Shown here in pieces: positions 1 through 14,500 of a stretch of DNA of 64,000 nucleotides (positions within the stretch are counted from its first letter, which is position 1; each line of letters opens with the position of its first letter). The position numbers and the translations under genes are program-made. The stretch covers positions 37,202,001-37,266,000 of the forward strand of contig OZ076409.1 of the NCBI GenBank assembly GCA_964187785.1, in the 5' to 3' direction. Under the pieces are notes generated by a model. The model was given only the letters and a program-made list of their open reading frames with translations, did no database searches and had not been told where the DNA came from. Source of the DNA: Amphiscolops sp. MND2022. Its lineage: Eukaryota.

Positions 1-1128
1 CAAAAAAAGTCCAAAAATCTCTACAAATACATATCGCACGAAGCTAATTTCATGTGAGTTGAATTTTATGGGTAACAAACTTAAAGTTGAATATAATTTT
101 GGTGCTTGGCAAATTTTGTTAAAAAAACCGTTTGATTTAAATATTTTCCTTTCCCATATGAAATATCGGCGGAAAAAAAATAAACATGCATGTCTGACGT
201 GTCATGTAAGATGCTACATCAGAACGCCATGCCAGGAAAAGGCTGTGATCTTAAATGAATTGCTGAGAACGAGCCATGATAGTCAACTTGGCAAATTCTG
301 CTTTTCAGTTAGCGAGTCAAAAATCATCGCCAGAAAACGTTGCGAGCATCTACAGTAGCGCTCTAAAATATTGCAACCTCATTGCTTAATATGGCAAAAT
401 TCAAAATCAAATCCTTCGAAAACTGTCACAAATACGAGAAATTGTCAGCTAGGAAAATTTCTTAGAATTGTATCTAGTTTACAAAAATGTTTGTTTGAAA
501 TTTCTACGACCCATACTGAAAAGTTAGAAAATGCAAATTTCGACAAAATTTCATCAAATTTGCCCATTTCCTTGATTTTCATAAAATTAAAAAAATATTC
601 TTGAAAACTTTTCAGCCAATCATTTGCCTCCAAATCCTCCTGTAAATCCGGATAGCGATTTGCACTAGTCCTGATTCCGCAGTATCTAGAAATGTAAAAT
701 TGACAAAGTATCTTGAAACTCTGGCCAAAATCTTGGATTTTTCAACCAATTCCCGTTACCTCGTGAAACCCTTGATAAAATCTTGAAATATCTTGGGCTA
801 CTGAGAAACCTTGAATTTCTCGAAAGAGTTTTTCTTAGGGTTTATATCAAGAATTCAAGAAGTCCAAAACTAATTGAGTTTCAAAAAAATTGTGAGCAAG
901 AAAGGTCTAGCATTTCAAAAGTGGCCATTGTAATACTACTAGTTGGAGTTTTTAATATTCTGTTCTGAAAGCGTTTATTGAGCATACAAGTTCCTGTGTT
1001 GAGCATTTCGAGAACCATTGGAAAAACGCAAACATCTAACTGCCTCTAGTGGAATAATAATTAGAAATATTTTTGAAACACTGCTTTTGGCTGTCTTAAT
1101 ATCATTGTTTGTTTTTTCTTGGTTTTAG

Positions 1129-1205
1129 CCACGCCTTGGTTGCTTTTTCCCGCATCAGCAATCACAGCCATCGCTGGCAACGGTCTTATGGTCACCAACG
1201 TGCAT
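1129..1205 (+). CDS. SLC43A3: SLC43A3-like transporter, first coding exon in the window (upstream exons lie outside it)
   Basis: ttttag|cc ... cat|gttagt; encodes TPWLLFPASAITAIAGNGLMVTNVH, which joins in phase 0 to IGNMF... and resembles the SLC43 segment 'LLF.A...GG...TN.QIGNLF'. Confidence 0.85.
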
Positions 1206-1840
1206 GTTAGTTAATTTTGATTTCAAGTGAATGCGAAAAAACCCGAGGCAAACGAAAAACGTTAATTGCTTGCTTGCTTACGGGATGACATTCATTTGCA
1301 GTTTGAAAACTTTTGTACAAAATACCTTAAGGTGCTTGGAGTGATTGAGTTCAGTGAACCGCTCATTGCAGTTTAAGCATGTCAATTAATATTTTAAGGG
1401 AAAATTCAAGTTCACTATTTGATGGTTGTATTTATTTTGCAATACAATTGCTATCTTTCTACCACCGGTAGATGCCTTTAACGAAATACGAAAGATTTTT
1501 TAGATCAGCAAGTTTGTAATTTTGATTGCTCATAGTTGGTAAAAAAACATGAACCACAAAATTAGCATTACTTCAGACGTTAGACGTTATTGCCGAAACA
1601 CTTTTAGACGTTATTCCTAGTGTGCGAGCTGGTTGTGTAATTTATTGGTGGCAAAATCTGTACACTGTGGAGGAGTATTTCTTTGGGGAGCGACAGATTT
1701 CGTCCCAAACAGATTTCGTCCTACGTGGAATTTTGACAGATTTCGTCCCACACAGATTTCGTCCCACACAGATTTCGTCCCACACAGATTTCGTCCCATT
1801 TTTAAACATTAAAACAGATTTCGTCCCATTTTTGACAGAT

Positions 1841-2675
1841 CCCAGGTTTTCGATCTTAGCGAATCTGTGCAGATCTGCAGGATTTTTGCAGATCTTTACA
1901 GATATGTGCAGATTCCAAAAAAACTGACACCCTCAGAAACGCAAGGAAAACCCCACAGGGATGTCAAACGAATAGTTAAAAAAGTGTAAAACTGGAAAGA
2001 AGTCTCATTTATGTCAAAATGATCAAAAAATTTTCTGTAGCAATCTGTACAGATCTGTAGAGATTACAGATCTTTGCAGATCTTTACAGAGCCAAACAAT
2101 GATCAATAAATTACCATAACGTATTCCAAAATATTAGCAATTACTAAAAATACTCCAACATACTATGTTGCGGAAATATTACAAAAACGACACTCTATCA
2201 ACACATCGACCAACCAGAAGGTTGCCACCTGTCAAATTTTATCTGCCAAAACGAAGTCAATATGGCAAATGAGCCTCTCAAAGTTTAACAACCACTTCTG
2301 GAAAGTTCGAGTGAAATGGATAAATTACCGTGTTTTACCAAAACCGCACTTTCTCCAGTCACCAAAGTTACCGTGATGGGGACAAATTTTCCTCCTCAAA
2401 TTTTGAGTGATGGAGAGTTTCAACTGACTGACCTTAGGTCAGCTAAAATACTCGATAAAATAGTTAAAGAAGTCCAAAAATGCAGTATATTGGTTCCTTA
2501 GAAGCTGCAGAAAAACATTTCTGCAAAAATATTCTCTGCAAAGAAAATCTTAACACTTCTGTAAAGATCTTGCAGATCTATATGGATCTTCAAGATTCAG
2601 TGCAACGATCTTTGCAGAACCCTGCAGAAAAAATACTGCAGATCTGCACAGATTTGCAAAGATCAAAAACCTGGG
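1841..2675. mobile_element. CCC...GGG MITE (CACTA/EnSpm-like) nested in the previous element, 2-bp TSD AT
   Basis: ~40-bp TIR cccaggttttcgatctt...gcagatctgcag; splits a host repeat as cagAT[element]ATttcgtccca. Confidence 0.8.
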
Positions 2676-2831
2676 ATTTCGTCCCAAATAATTATTATAA
2701 CGTAGCCAGCTATGTTCACATACCCCTAGTGCCCTAAATGCAGGAGCGAAAACCTGGGATTTCGTCCCAAATAATTATTATAACGTAGCCAGCTATGTTG
2801 ACAAACCCCTAGTGCCCTAAATGCAGGAGCG
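2666..2831 (+). repeat. 83-bp tandem duplication (2 copies)
   Basis: aaaacctgggatttcgtccc...gcaggagcg at 2666-2748 and 2749-2831. Confidence 0.9.
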
Positions 2832-3944
2832 AAGCGAAGCGGAGCGACGTGCCATATGGCCATGCTTCAATGTTGCTACTTGGCGAAGGGAGCGAAGTGA
2901 CCGAGCCATACAACAAATATGCTGACCTATTCAATAAAATCAAGTTCCATACATATTGGCTGTAACAACACCGAATGAAGAATCACCGAATAGATTATAC
3001 CGATTAGCGCTTAATTTTGTGTATAGCATAGAATAATTTCCCATAATCCAGTACAAAATCTGTCAAAAATGGGACGAAATCTGTCTAAAATGGGACGAAA
3101 TCTGTTTACAATGAGACGAAATCTGTGTGGGACGAAAGCTGATAAAAGTGGGACGAAATCTGATAAAAATGGAACGAAATCTGTTTGGGACGAAATCTGT
3201 CAAAATTCGACGTGAGACGAAAGCTGCCACATTCATTTCTTTGTTTTGGCTTGGTCTGGCGAAAATCAATGAAAAATACGGTTTCCTAAAAATTTTCCCA
3301 AAATTTGAGCTTGCATGATTCTAACCATCATTCGGAGTTCAACTAGCACGACGTTTAGTCGAACTGTCTAAATTTCTACTATATATGAACTGATTGCGTT
3401 TCAATACGTGATTGAATAGCCCTTAAGAGACTATCACAGGACGATGCCAAAATTAATCTCACTCTGATTATGGACGCCAATCTCTTTTAAAAGGAAGCGT
3501 CAAAGTTCATTGAAAATTATATATTTCTCAAAACTAATCAAAAAATTGTGTCGAAAGCTAGACAACAAGAATAGTTTCATTAACTTCTTCCAGCAAATCA
3601 GTCATTTAATCAGCGCTGCTTGAACTCAACAAATGTATTCTTTTCTAAATTGAAAACCTAATTTGATCTTGGTAGAATTTGAAAGAGTAGCATACTTATT
3701 AGTGCGACCAAAAAGACCTCTGTTATTTTGGAGTCAATTTTGGATTGTATTTACTTCATTATTTTCTGTGAAGTACAATTTTTATGTTTAGCTATAGCAA
3801 TATATTGACACCGGAGAAATTGTTGAGGCAAAATGTTTCCTGGAAAATTTTGAAATTTTCATATTTATTTTTATTTCAATTTTCTTTTGATTTAATTTCT
3901 TTCGTAATAGATGTTTTTTATTTTGGATGAATATATTGTTTTAG

Positions 3945-4162
3945 ATTGGAAACATGTTTATCAAGCAGAGGTCTTTAGTGATTTCTTTGCTCTATGGCTT
4001 CTTTGACTCTTCCGGGTCAGTAGCGATGGTAGTGAAGATGTTCTACGATTTCGGGGTTCCAGTCAGACTAATCTTCTACGGCTGGGCTGCTTGCTGTGCT
4101 TTTCTCCTCATCAATGCCCTCAAGATATTACCCTCTGGAAAAGTCTCTTGGCCACCCACTAA
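3945..4162 (+). CDS. SLC43A3: SLC43A3-like exon
   Basis: ttag|att ... aa|gtaag; IGNMFIKQRSLVISLLYGFFDSSGSVAMVVKMFY matches the SLC43 hallmark 'RSTIITLYNGAFDSSS'. Confidence 0.92.
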
Positions 4163-6238
4163 GTAAGAAACACTAATTTTTTCTCGATTGAACACTGAGT
4201 TTTTCCCAATTTGGATACTTTTTCAAATTATTTCAGGTATTGTATGTAATTAAAATGTTTTTGCTAATGTTCGATCAATATGCGATGAGATTGGAACGGA
4301 AAACTTCGACATGAATTTCTGATCAAGAAGTCGGTTGTTATTTTAATATTAGATCAAAATTTAATTTTCAACATTTTTGGTACCTTTGAAGTTCCGATAG
4401 AAGCATAGCTGTGAATGTGTAGGCTAATAAGATACTTTTCGGATCCCTTGTTGATTTACTGAATGAATGACTTTCTATGGACTGGAATTTCACATGCGGT
4501 GATTCCAAAGCGTTACGAAGATAAATCAAGATACACTATGGTAACAAAGAGCTCGAGACAGCTAGTTAATATCACCAGCGAAACCTTCAATTTGCGCATT
4601 TTTCAGGACAGGCATTTGAAAAAAAATTCCAGTAGGAAAAGTTTCTCAAATTTTGTTACAGAAAAAAACAATATTTTCTGTTTTGGAATCGAATGAAATT
4701 TTGAAAACTTATCTCAAATGGTATTTTGGGATAATTTGAAGCTTGACCTTTTCTTCCGCAGAATCTCAAATTACCTGTGAGACGACAAAACTTCAATTTG
4801 AAATATTTTCAACTTTGACACCGTTTTCTAACTTTCAGTGTAAACACTTTTCTCATAATGTACTTCCTTTAAAAATGAACGGCAAAAAAAGTCACCAATG
4901 ATCCTTGTATCAATGGACGTTTTCAACAACTCCATCATAACTTCAATGTGTGGCTAATATTCGAGTACTTTTTTCGAGCCTTCACTGCTCTTTCAGACTG
5001 TTCTTGTTCTCCTTGACGTTTCAGTCATCGCAGTATTCATCGAATGATACTTTGATTGAACTTGGACATTTTTCTTAGACTAAAACTACTGAACTAAAAA
5101 GAATGATATATATAATAAATTAACTGGAAGAGATTTCTAACAAACCCCCATACTCTTATTATGGCGACCAACGTGGGCCAAATGATTGTTCTTTTCATTC
5201 AGTGAAATGACCTCTCCGAGTTCGTTCCCGAGAAGTTCAAGTGTTTCTTCTCAAAGTGCATTTAACCGACCTTTTGAACGTGTTGAACATTTGAGAGACT
5301 TATCAAGGTAGTCATCAAGTCTTCAACATTTGTTTTCATACTCGACATAATCAACTTCAACACAAGTTCATTAGCTGGAAACCCTCTCGCTAAGACATTT
5401 AAACAACAAAGTCCATAGAACTTCCGAGGAATATGCATTTCGATTCACAGTTTTAAAAGTAAATCAAATTTAAAGGAAAAAGTACTTCGAAAATAATTCA
5501 ATGCATCTCTAAACAAGGCGGGTAATCCCAAATACAATATTAAATCATTGAAGTGTCGATGGGGATCTACCAGAAATCCCTACATCTGGATTAAATAAAC
5601 TCGTTTCTTCCGGTACTTTCTTCAGTTCCAACTGTTTGAAACTATTTGAAGTTCTCTTCAACCCTGTTACATTTTCAATTTCTACTGGCTGAAGATATTT
5701 CAGTGCCCAATCTTTTCATCCTAATGACCTTGTAATGTCCCAAGTCCTTACTATCAAAAAACTGAAAAGAGTTACTTTTTGATAATTCAGAAGTTTCCAC
5801 TTCCAATGAAAATTTCCATTTGTTTCCTTGTTTTGTAAAAGTGGAACATAATTTTTGAAAGACCGTGCATTTTTAGTGTTGTATGGATCAAAGTTCTAAC
5901 CCATACAAAGTTTGAAAGACATCAACTTCCCCTTCTCGTAATGAACTTGTTCCAATCTAAATTCCTGGCATGCGTTTGTTTTTCCTGAATATTTCAAACA
6001 GTATTCCAGTGACGGGCACTTTTTGATGACGATTCGTGAATTTTGCATGTAATATTCAAATCATATCTACAACAAAGGTTTATTATGGACAGAAAAAGTA
6101 GTTATCATGTATTGCCATCTTTCAAAAAGATGGATTGTAACTAATTTTTATAGCGGGCATTAAGTTTTATCATAGTTTTGGAAGTTATCAGAGTATCGTA
6201 TGACTGAAATCACACAAAATAGGTTAATCTTTTGACAG

Positions 6239-6525
6239 GGAATTCTTTGACGTGGAGGAACTCAGAAAAACCACCCCCGACAATGTTTCCAAAGCGAAAA
6301 GTCCCAGTTCGGGCCCTAACAAGCTGGCAACAAAAAACAATTTCAGTATGGTTTTCAACGAAGACCCTCGATTCAAGTCGTACGCTGATGTCAACATCGG
6401 CTTGCAGACCGAGAACTTTGGCAGAGCATCTGCCAGTGTCGTGAACTTGAACTTGCCCCTTAGAGAGGCCCAGTACTCCTCTCACAGTCAGACGCTTGGA
6501 TCCGCCAGTCTGAGCAGATTCCCAG
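6239..6525 (+). CDS. SLC43A3: SLC43A3-like exon (large hydrophilic central loop)
   Basis: gacag|g ... cca g|gtacc; phase 2 in and phase 1 out fit both neighbours; open frame EFFDVEELRK...LSRFP. Confidence 0.75.
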
Positions 6526-9500
6526 GTACCTTGCTACAGACTCAGTAGTTTTACAAACTAATAGATAAACTCCAGAATATTTTTCAATAGTTTCCATCCA
6601 TAATATTTTCAAGAGAAAAATTAATCTGCGTTCTTTCAAAATAACATTGCCATGTTCCAAATTTGAATACAAAATTAGAGGTTCTTTCGCGGAACTGTAC
6701 TACTGAAACCTTAGATTCCGTAGCATATTTATTTGTGAAGATATTTAAACTTTTCGAGAAACGAGCTTAAAATTAAAAAAGTGCCAATATGGTTTCAGAA
6801 AAGTTGCACTGTTTTTAGAATTTTTGAATTCTTCGTGCGTATAAAAAACGACATAAGTGAACGACAAAGTAATCGGCTTCTTAGAGAACAATTCATGAAA
6901 GAGAAACTTGAAATGTTGTTCAAAAATTGCCTAGAATGGACCAAAAAGACCAGAAATATTTCAAAAATTTCAATTTTTTGTATTTTTTTGTACAAGTTCC
7001 GGCTACGCGTGAGCCCTAAAGATATATTGTGGCTAAAATATTTCAGGGCAAAAATATTCCCGTGCTCAGCAGGCGTCTTATAGAAGTTTGTAAAAACCGT
7101 CCAAAAGTTTCTCACATCGAAATGTTCCGACTATAAAATCATTTACATTGCTGGTTGTATGCATGTCATAGCCAAGCCTTCTTATGGTCCGGCGGTTTGT
7201 TCGGACGGGACAATCCCAAAGGTGTCGGAACAAACCGCCATGCCCGTAACGACCCGTAGTTTATACACTGTATTCCTGAAAGTTTGGTATCTGAGGGTGG
7301 GTAGTTTTGGTTTCCATGGCTCAGGAGAGATTTGCGAAAAAGATTTCAAGCTGGGGATGGGTTCTTGCATTCACGATGGAAAGCGGGAAAGCATATTTAA
7401 GAATCGATTCTACGTATATCGAAAAACTGAAACAGTCTGGCTCTATTGAAGTTTGTTCACAAACAATTTTCTATCTTTGACTCTAAGCAATGACCTCTAA
7501 AGGTCGATGATGCAACAAAGGTTCGTAAACTGGGAGATTTTAATCTGTTGTCTTAAACAACTGAGACAAGCTCAGGACTTGTCATTTCTTATTATTTGTT
7601 CAACGTTGCACTGCATTGCTCAAGGAAGGTTCAAAAAGTTTTCAATCAGATCATCACATTTTACTAGCTTAAAAAATCAATTGACATTTCGGGTAGTGCC
7701 CTTCTTTGTAGTAACTCACTTTGGAACAAGGTGCTAGAAATTTTTGAGGTAACTTTTTTGGAAGAAACTTTCTGTGTCAAAAGTTTTGAAAAATCTACCT
7801 TTCGCGAACATTTTGTGAACACCAGTCAGAACTTTTCGTCAAGCAAACAAGCGAAAACACCTCATTGAATGAGTCGATTGTTGGTCTGTTAAATGCACAA
7901 GATGCCCGTTGAACACCGCACTGAACATTTTACGATATTGCTGAAGTGTGTTCATAATTTGCAAAATCAAATCAAAAACTGAGGTTTTGATGCGCTCCAA
8001 AGATTTTTCAGCATTTGAAAAACTTTCAGGCACTTTTTTTCTGAAAGAGAAAGCTTCAGATACTAATTTTTATTCTGTTTTTATTACTTTCAGGTGATAT
8101 CGAAGACCTCGCACTGAATAGTTCAGTTTTTGAAGTCTCACCACTCGCCTTAGTAATAAGGATGTCTACTTCGCGGTTGTACGTTGTTTGTTCGAATCCA
8201 ACTTACGCCGAATTTTTTCATCGTCAAAAATTCACAGCAGTGCTAGTTTCATTGGATATACCGTATGAAGCCTAATTTAAAGAAATAAAACGTAATGCTT
8301 TTGCATTTTCTCGTCTTTTCTAATCGTGCCAGGTAGAAAGTAATCTTTCAACTCCAATTCTATCCAAAACTATGATGAACTGATCCGTATTCAATTTGCT
8401 TTATGAAAGTGCCACATTTTGAACTAATTCATCATTTCATCAAAAAAGAACAATTGTGGTATTTTGTTTGATAATTGGTGAAAATCAGCCTCTTGCGAGC
8501 TCGAAGTGTACCCCTTTGAAATTTTCCTACAGATTTTTAAAAACTGTACTGGGAATACAAAAAAGCGATTTTGCGTTTTTGAGTTTGATACGTGTTACAC
8601 TGGGTATCGACCTGGGTGTTCTCGTCATGTTTTTCTGTAGGATTTTTAGATTTTGCCGTTTTTATGAAAATCCTATTGCTTTTGCGCGAAGCCCAAAATA
8701 TAGACAGAACTAATTTCTTTTCGTGTCTAGGTTACTGTAAGTCTACCCGAATTAGTAGAAGCGGATGGACAGGGCACCATAGCGTGTTTTGTAGCTCCTA
8801 AAGTTGTCAAACCTGGTTGGTGTTTACTCAGTGGACGTTACTCCTCATCACTTTAAACACAAGCCATGGGTCGACGTCAGCAATGTTGTTGTTCGAACAT
8901 CTTAACTTTGTTCTCTATCACTCACTGAGAGCGAATTTTATTCAGTTTCACTTTTGTACGAAAGCGAAATCTACAAAACAAGACCTACTCCCTTTTTTCT
9001 GGTAGAGAAGAAGCTTAAGACCTTAGCTTCTAAAAACTCAAACGAACAGCAATAACGAATGTTGTTAGGTACTAGTGTTTTGCGTTTTTTGAATTGTATT
9101 TGCAACCCATCCGGAGGTACGCCACCCAAGTTAACGAACCATACGTATATCATGTAAATCGGAGACTATTGACCTTCCCCAGCCCTTAGGAACGTCAATG
9201 TCATCTCAGAGGGCGACACTTCAGTAAGGAGGAAAGACGTGCAGTAAAACATGGAAGTCAACGTCAATTGCGCGATACGTTAGGCATTTCAGTTAGGCGA
9301 GAGAATTCGCGATCAACTGCCGTCATAATGACAGGAAAGTACTCCTTACACGTAGAGAACATACACGGAGAGATTTTCTCTGCATTAGAAATATTTTGGG
9401 AATTTTGAATTATCATGGACTGTGAACTTCAAAGTAGTCGCGGAACTACTCTTCATCGCCGGGAAAGTAAGTTTGATTGAAGTATAACTAGTGGCGTCGC

Positions 9501-11304
9501 CTTGCCAAAAAAGGAATAGGTAATCATGGATGTGGAAGCATGCAAGTTTCAAGATGCCGTTGCCCTATAATGAGAAAGCCAATTAAGATGAAAAGTGAAA
9601 ATGTGAAAACCAGACGCAAAATACTCTGGAAACAAAATCGAAAAGACACAGCTGATTTACAGAGCTAGAGGCAAGTTGAATCTCGTGGAGACAACATACT
9701 TCTCGAAAAGATTGTGTTGTCTCGGTAGATCAGAAATGATAGTCTGTCAAGTCCAGGACTTGTAGTTTAGTTAAAGTTGGGATTTTAGCAAAAGTGAATG
9801 GTGCCTAACGTTGCTGGATGAATCACGGATTCAATTGTGGTCGTATACTTTATTGGGTCCTTTAGGTTGTATTTAGTTTACCAATTCGATTTGATTTTAT
9901 AACTATCCTAATAATAGTTTTTCTTCAGGGTCCTCAGTCTATAGTGGTGAGCCGATAAAGCAAGAACTGAAGAGAGATACTGACAGTAACTTCAAGTGAA
10001 TTTGCTTATCCGTCAAAGCAACATTTTTCTTGTTAAGCTTTCAATTGTAGGTAAAACTCTCTCTAAATCCCCGAATTGGATTTTCGGACACTCTCCGAAT
10101 TCTTTGGGAGGGATACCAAATTTATGGCATTGCGAAATTCTTAATATTCTTATTACGAAAGTTGCAGCTTGGGCCATGCTTTCAAATACCTCTTCAAAAC
10201 ATAAATCCACAAATTACTCCAGCTACCCCCAAGGGAACATTGCCATACTGACGCTTTGAGGCACTAAGTTTCCTAGAGCCGCTCTGTAAGCAGTGTTGCG
10301 AAGCAAACATAGCGCATTCAACTCAAAAGATTAACTAGCGCAAACTAAACAATTTATTTGAGAGTTGAAACATGGGACGCTTGAATGAAAAGATACATCT
10401 TGGAAGCATGCTTCTTGTTCTTTTTGGAACCAAAAGTGCCCAACTCTTACAGGGACAAGTTTATGGTTCCTGATGTTTCTCAATGATTCTGGTGAGAGCA
10501 CAGCGTTTTTCAAGACCACAGGGTAGTCATTTGAATTTTATTGGTCTTTTAAGTTTATGAGATTTTGCCTAAAGCCACTCGGAGGATATTTATGAGAAAT
10601 TGCGTTGTTTGAGCCTTGAGTGGTACGCCGACTTGAGACGTTCTCGTCTTAATTAAAAATTCAATAATTCCACTGACCAGCGACCGGTGGCCCAAATGAC
10701 CAGCACAAAATGTTCCATGGCCATCGGAGTGGATGTTATGGGCAATGAAGGATTGCCCATGTTGTCTTGTCAACTCAAAATATCAACGCTTCTTTGATCA
10801 ATGTCTTTTGTGCAAACTTTAGTATCATATTGCAAATTTTACCCAGAATGACAACTCGTAGAGTACTTTAGAAGACCTTGTCAGCAGTTAGAAAATGAGA
10901 ATTAGAAAGCTGAAGGAAAATAATAAAAATCGTCGCCAACTGCGGCTTGATCACCTTAACAATTAAACTATCGTGTTACGAATTTGTTTTTTTTTGTTTA
11001 TGTTGCCTTATAATCAACACTTCAATGAATAATGCTAAAAGCAGTAGCAATGTGATTGTAGCCAAAAAATTTTGTTTTGTGAAGTGATTTTTAAGTCTCT
11101 TCAAACGACCAATGATAAGATATCTGGTAAAATTCTAGATGATTGTGTCAAATCACAAAACGAAACAACAAAATATCATTTAGGCTTTCAAAAGTGAATG
11201 CGAATATGTGGAAATATTCAAGATCTTGGCAACAGTTTCACTGATTAACAGTATTCACTGGGTAATCATTTTCGTAGAAACTGATTAGAGTCATTTGTGT
11301 TTAG

Positions 11305-11514
11305 GTGAAAACGAAGAGGAGCAGGGTATGGTGGGTATTCTGACGAGCAGTCCCTTCATCTTGCAAGTGGTGTGGTTTACACTGTTGTCATTTGTTGTCA
11401 ACTTCTACATGGGCACCTATTTCTTCTGGATCAAACATCTCTCTGCCCAGACTACAGGGACAGAGGGTGACGAAGAAGTGGGAGATACAATTTCACAGGT
11501 GTCGTTCGATCAAG
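11305..11514 (+). CDS. SLC43A3: SLC43A3-like exon
   Basis: ttag|gt ... caag|gtaac; TM segment SSPFILQVVWFTLLSFVVNFYMGTY. Confidence 0.88.
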
Positions 11515-14500
11515 GTAACTGCTTTATATAGTAGCTACTCTTTTAGTCGAAGGGTCATATAACTGGTTTTAGCTTGTAATATTTGAATAACAGTTACAAG
11601 ATAAAGAATAGATGTTATAGGATATATGAGAGGACCAAAAATTGTTGAAGTACAAACGAATAATGCATTTTTCTATTTCTCATTCGATTTTCAAATGAAT
11701 GATATAACTGTATTTCGAGCCAAAATCAAGATATTTTTGCTTCTGTTGTTTTTTGTAAAGTCAACCTTTATGCATGCAAAATCAAGGGCCTTTATCGTTT
11801 TATCACTTATGTGTATTGACCAATCGATTGTATAAGCTAGTTTCTCCTAAACACGATGTGCTGTTGAGCTTCTTAATCAAGAACTCGGAGTTTTGAACTC
11901 CAATCCTTCCTGAAAATGAATGAGATTAATAGTAAGACATATTTTCATCCAAATTATCTCTGTTCTATTAATCCTGTATCAATTGATGTTTTCTTTTGTA
12001 TTTAACGTCAAGAGTAATAATTCAGTTCGACAACCGCCTGTACAAGAAGAAAACAAAACAAGGAGAATTTTTATGAAGATGTTATTTCGCTCATGGGTCG
12101 CTTCGTCCCTTCTTCTTTGTATTGTGCGCCTGATTAAATTAGCAGTGACCCACAGCTCCTAAAGCTTCGCTCCTGCGTCTAGAACACTAGCAGAGCAAAC
12201 TAAATCTGTGGAGCGAAATGAAAGAAGTAACAAATGATAAAGTTTCAAAGGAACCGGGTTTTGAAAAAAGTTGGCACCACGGTCAAAACAAATAAATCCA
12301 AAGTGGAAATTTTTTGGACTCTTTCAGTTACCATGTGGCTGAGAAATGCGAAAGCATTCAAAATTTAGGTCATTCTAGAACGAAAAAGTGTCACAACGCC
12401 GAAAAAATCGAAAGGGTTCGAAAAACCGACAGGACCTGAAGTCTGTCATCTGATGAACAGAAAACTTATCAATTATGAGAGCCGTGGTCTTTTTTTTAAA
12501 TACAAAAGTACCAACTAAGAACTCTAGTAATTTTTCTTAAAACAAAATGCTAAATAAAAAATAAACGAATGCCATTCGATCCTGAACTGTGAAAAACTCG
12601 ATTCTCCAAACGAACTACGACTAAATGGCTTCGGTCATTGTCTTGAAAAATTATGACCTTTACATGAGGTGGTTTCACTCCTGGAAAGTTAATTTATAGC
12701 TTGATTTAGTTGTAAATGTGAAAGGTCATTGTTCTGCTATTTTAGACACAGACTAACTGAATTCGTTTCGCTATATAAAGTATTACCAGGAATTTGTTTC
12801 TTTCTATGACGCTGTCACTACTTGATTTATGATTTTCAAAGCGTCACACATAATTGACAAAGTGACATTTTATTTGGTTATATTTCGAGATGTTGATGCG
12901 ATTTAATATTGAGGCACGAAAAGGTTTTGCGAAGAATTGTTTATCTTGTCAAATCGTGAAGCAGTTAGCGTGTCAACTCTAGAATTTTGTTAATTTGATT
13001 ATAGTGAAATACTTATCCATGTAAAAAAATAGGATATTGTTAAAGCATAGGAAGAAATATGATCTTTTCAAAATAATGCGAGGTATAGTAGGTTTTTCCT
13101 AAACAAAGGATCGCTGTGTGTACAATATAATGTATTTATATACAAGATGCCTTTCGGAGAAACGAAAGTCTTGACACTTTTTGATTCATCGAATCGCATT
13201 TTAAAGGGAAACACTTGATTTAAGAACACGCTAAACGCCTAAACGCCTCATTGTTTTGGTGTTGAACTATGTGGATACTTTGGAAATTTTTGACTACTTT
13301 GGGGTCATTTTGGGGCACTTTTCTGACAAGAAACTACAGACATCTCTTCCAAAATGCCTAGATGACACCGGATTTCGACACTCTTAAACGTTTAAACCAG
13401 TTTCAACCACGAAATCGTTCGAACTTGTTACAGCAAATTACCTGGAAACGTCGAAACTTGCGGAATTCAGAGGTGTTTTCAGTCGACGCTTTTCTAGTGA
13501 AAAGTTTTTTTATCAGACCACAGACCTCACGCTGTCCAAAAGCCTCTAAATTGAAATACAAAATCCAGAAGAGTCCCCTTCCAATTTTCGGCACTATGAG
13601 ACTTTCCCCGCCCCCGTTTCAGCTTTGTGACACGTTTTTTCGACGTTTTTTTGTTTCCAAAGTACGCTTTTTGAAAAATAAGTTTGCAGGCTTTTCCGGA
13701 AGAAAATTACATCGGAATGAACAAACAGCGTACTCACAAATTTTCCGTCTTTGTTTCGCAAATTTTGTTAATTATTTGAAAAAGTCGTAGATTAGATTGA
13801 TAAAAGATTGACGAGTTTAAATGTTCGAAACGTTCAAAGACGAATAAACCAATTATCCAGTAGGCTTTGCTGAAGAGATTACAAAAGTTAGTTGTCAGAA
13901 AAAGACACAAAACAAGCTAAAAAACCGATTTCAGAAAATCGTAGTAGCTAATTATTTTCTTGTGTTTTTTGAATTTTTCGGAATTTTGGAAAATTTTAGT
14001 TTTTTTCGACTACGCGTTAATTTGTACCAATTTTCTCAGAAACTTTCAAAAGCGTCTCGAAAATTCCATAAGAAAGAGTCTACGTGAAATGTTTGGTTAT
14101 TTTGTGTATTTCTGAGGAAGTGTTCCACAAACTAAACTGCAAATTTTTTTGGGAAACGTACTGCATACCTAGTGGTATCGTTTGGAGTTTTTTGAAAAAT
14201 CTGTAGGACGAAGTGTTTTTAACTTTACCAATAATAAACGAACCGAATTAAACTACAAAGGTTGTCTGCAGTTGGAAAATTCTATTTTATTTTCGATACG
14301 TTTGTTTTTAAGGACGTTTTTCATTAAAAACTGTTATTTCCAAAGTTACGTACTGGATAACTATCTCAACCCAAGTTGAGTTTTTAGGATTCCAGTTCAC
14401 GAAATTTCTACACGTTCACCAAAACTGCAAATACAAAAGCAGAATGAAGCTTCGGATTTGTACCAATCTTTAATTTTTGTTATTTTTCAGCACAAAAGGG

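Larger units (their letters stand above)
1685..3230. mobile_element. Non-autonomous DNA transposon with inverted subterminal arrays of CAGATTTCGTCCCA
   Basis: About 7 forward copies at 1692-1830 and inverted copies (TGGGACGAAATCTG) at 3055-3226; exact ends and TSD not resolved. Confidence 0.75.

Noticed and set aside
1617..3318. Short ORFs with repeated TDFVP/GRNL motifs
   Set aside because: Translations of the transposon subterminal repeats
4990..6110. Possible decayed coding sequence
   Set aside because: No sustained frame or recognisable motif
8094..8120. Extra phase-1 SLC43A3 mini-exon (GDIEDLALN)
   Set aside because: Good acceptor but weak donor; the gene model is already in phase without it; needs RNA-seq
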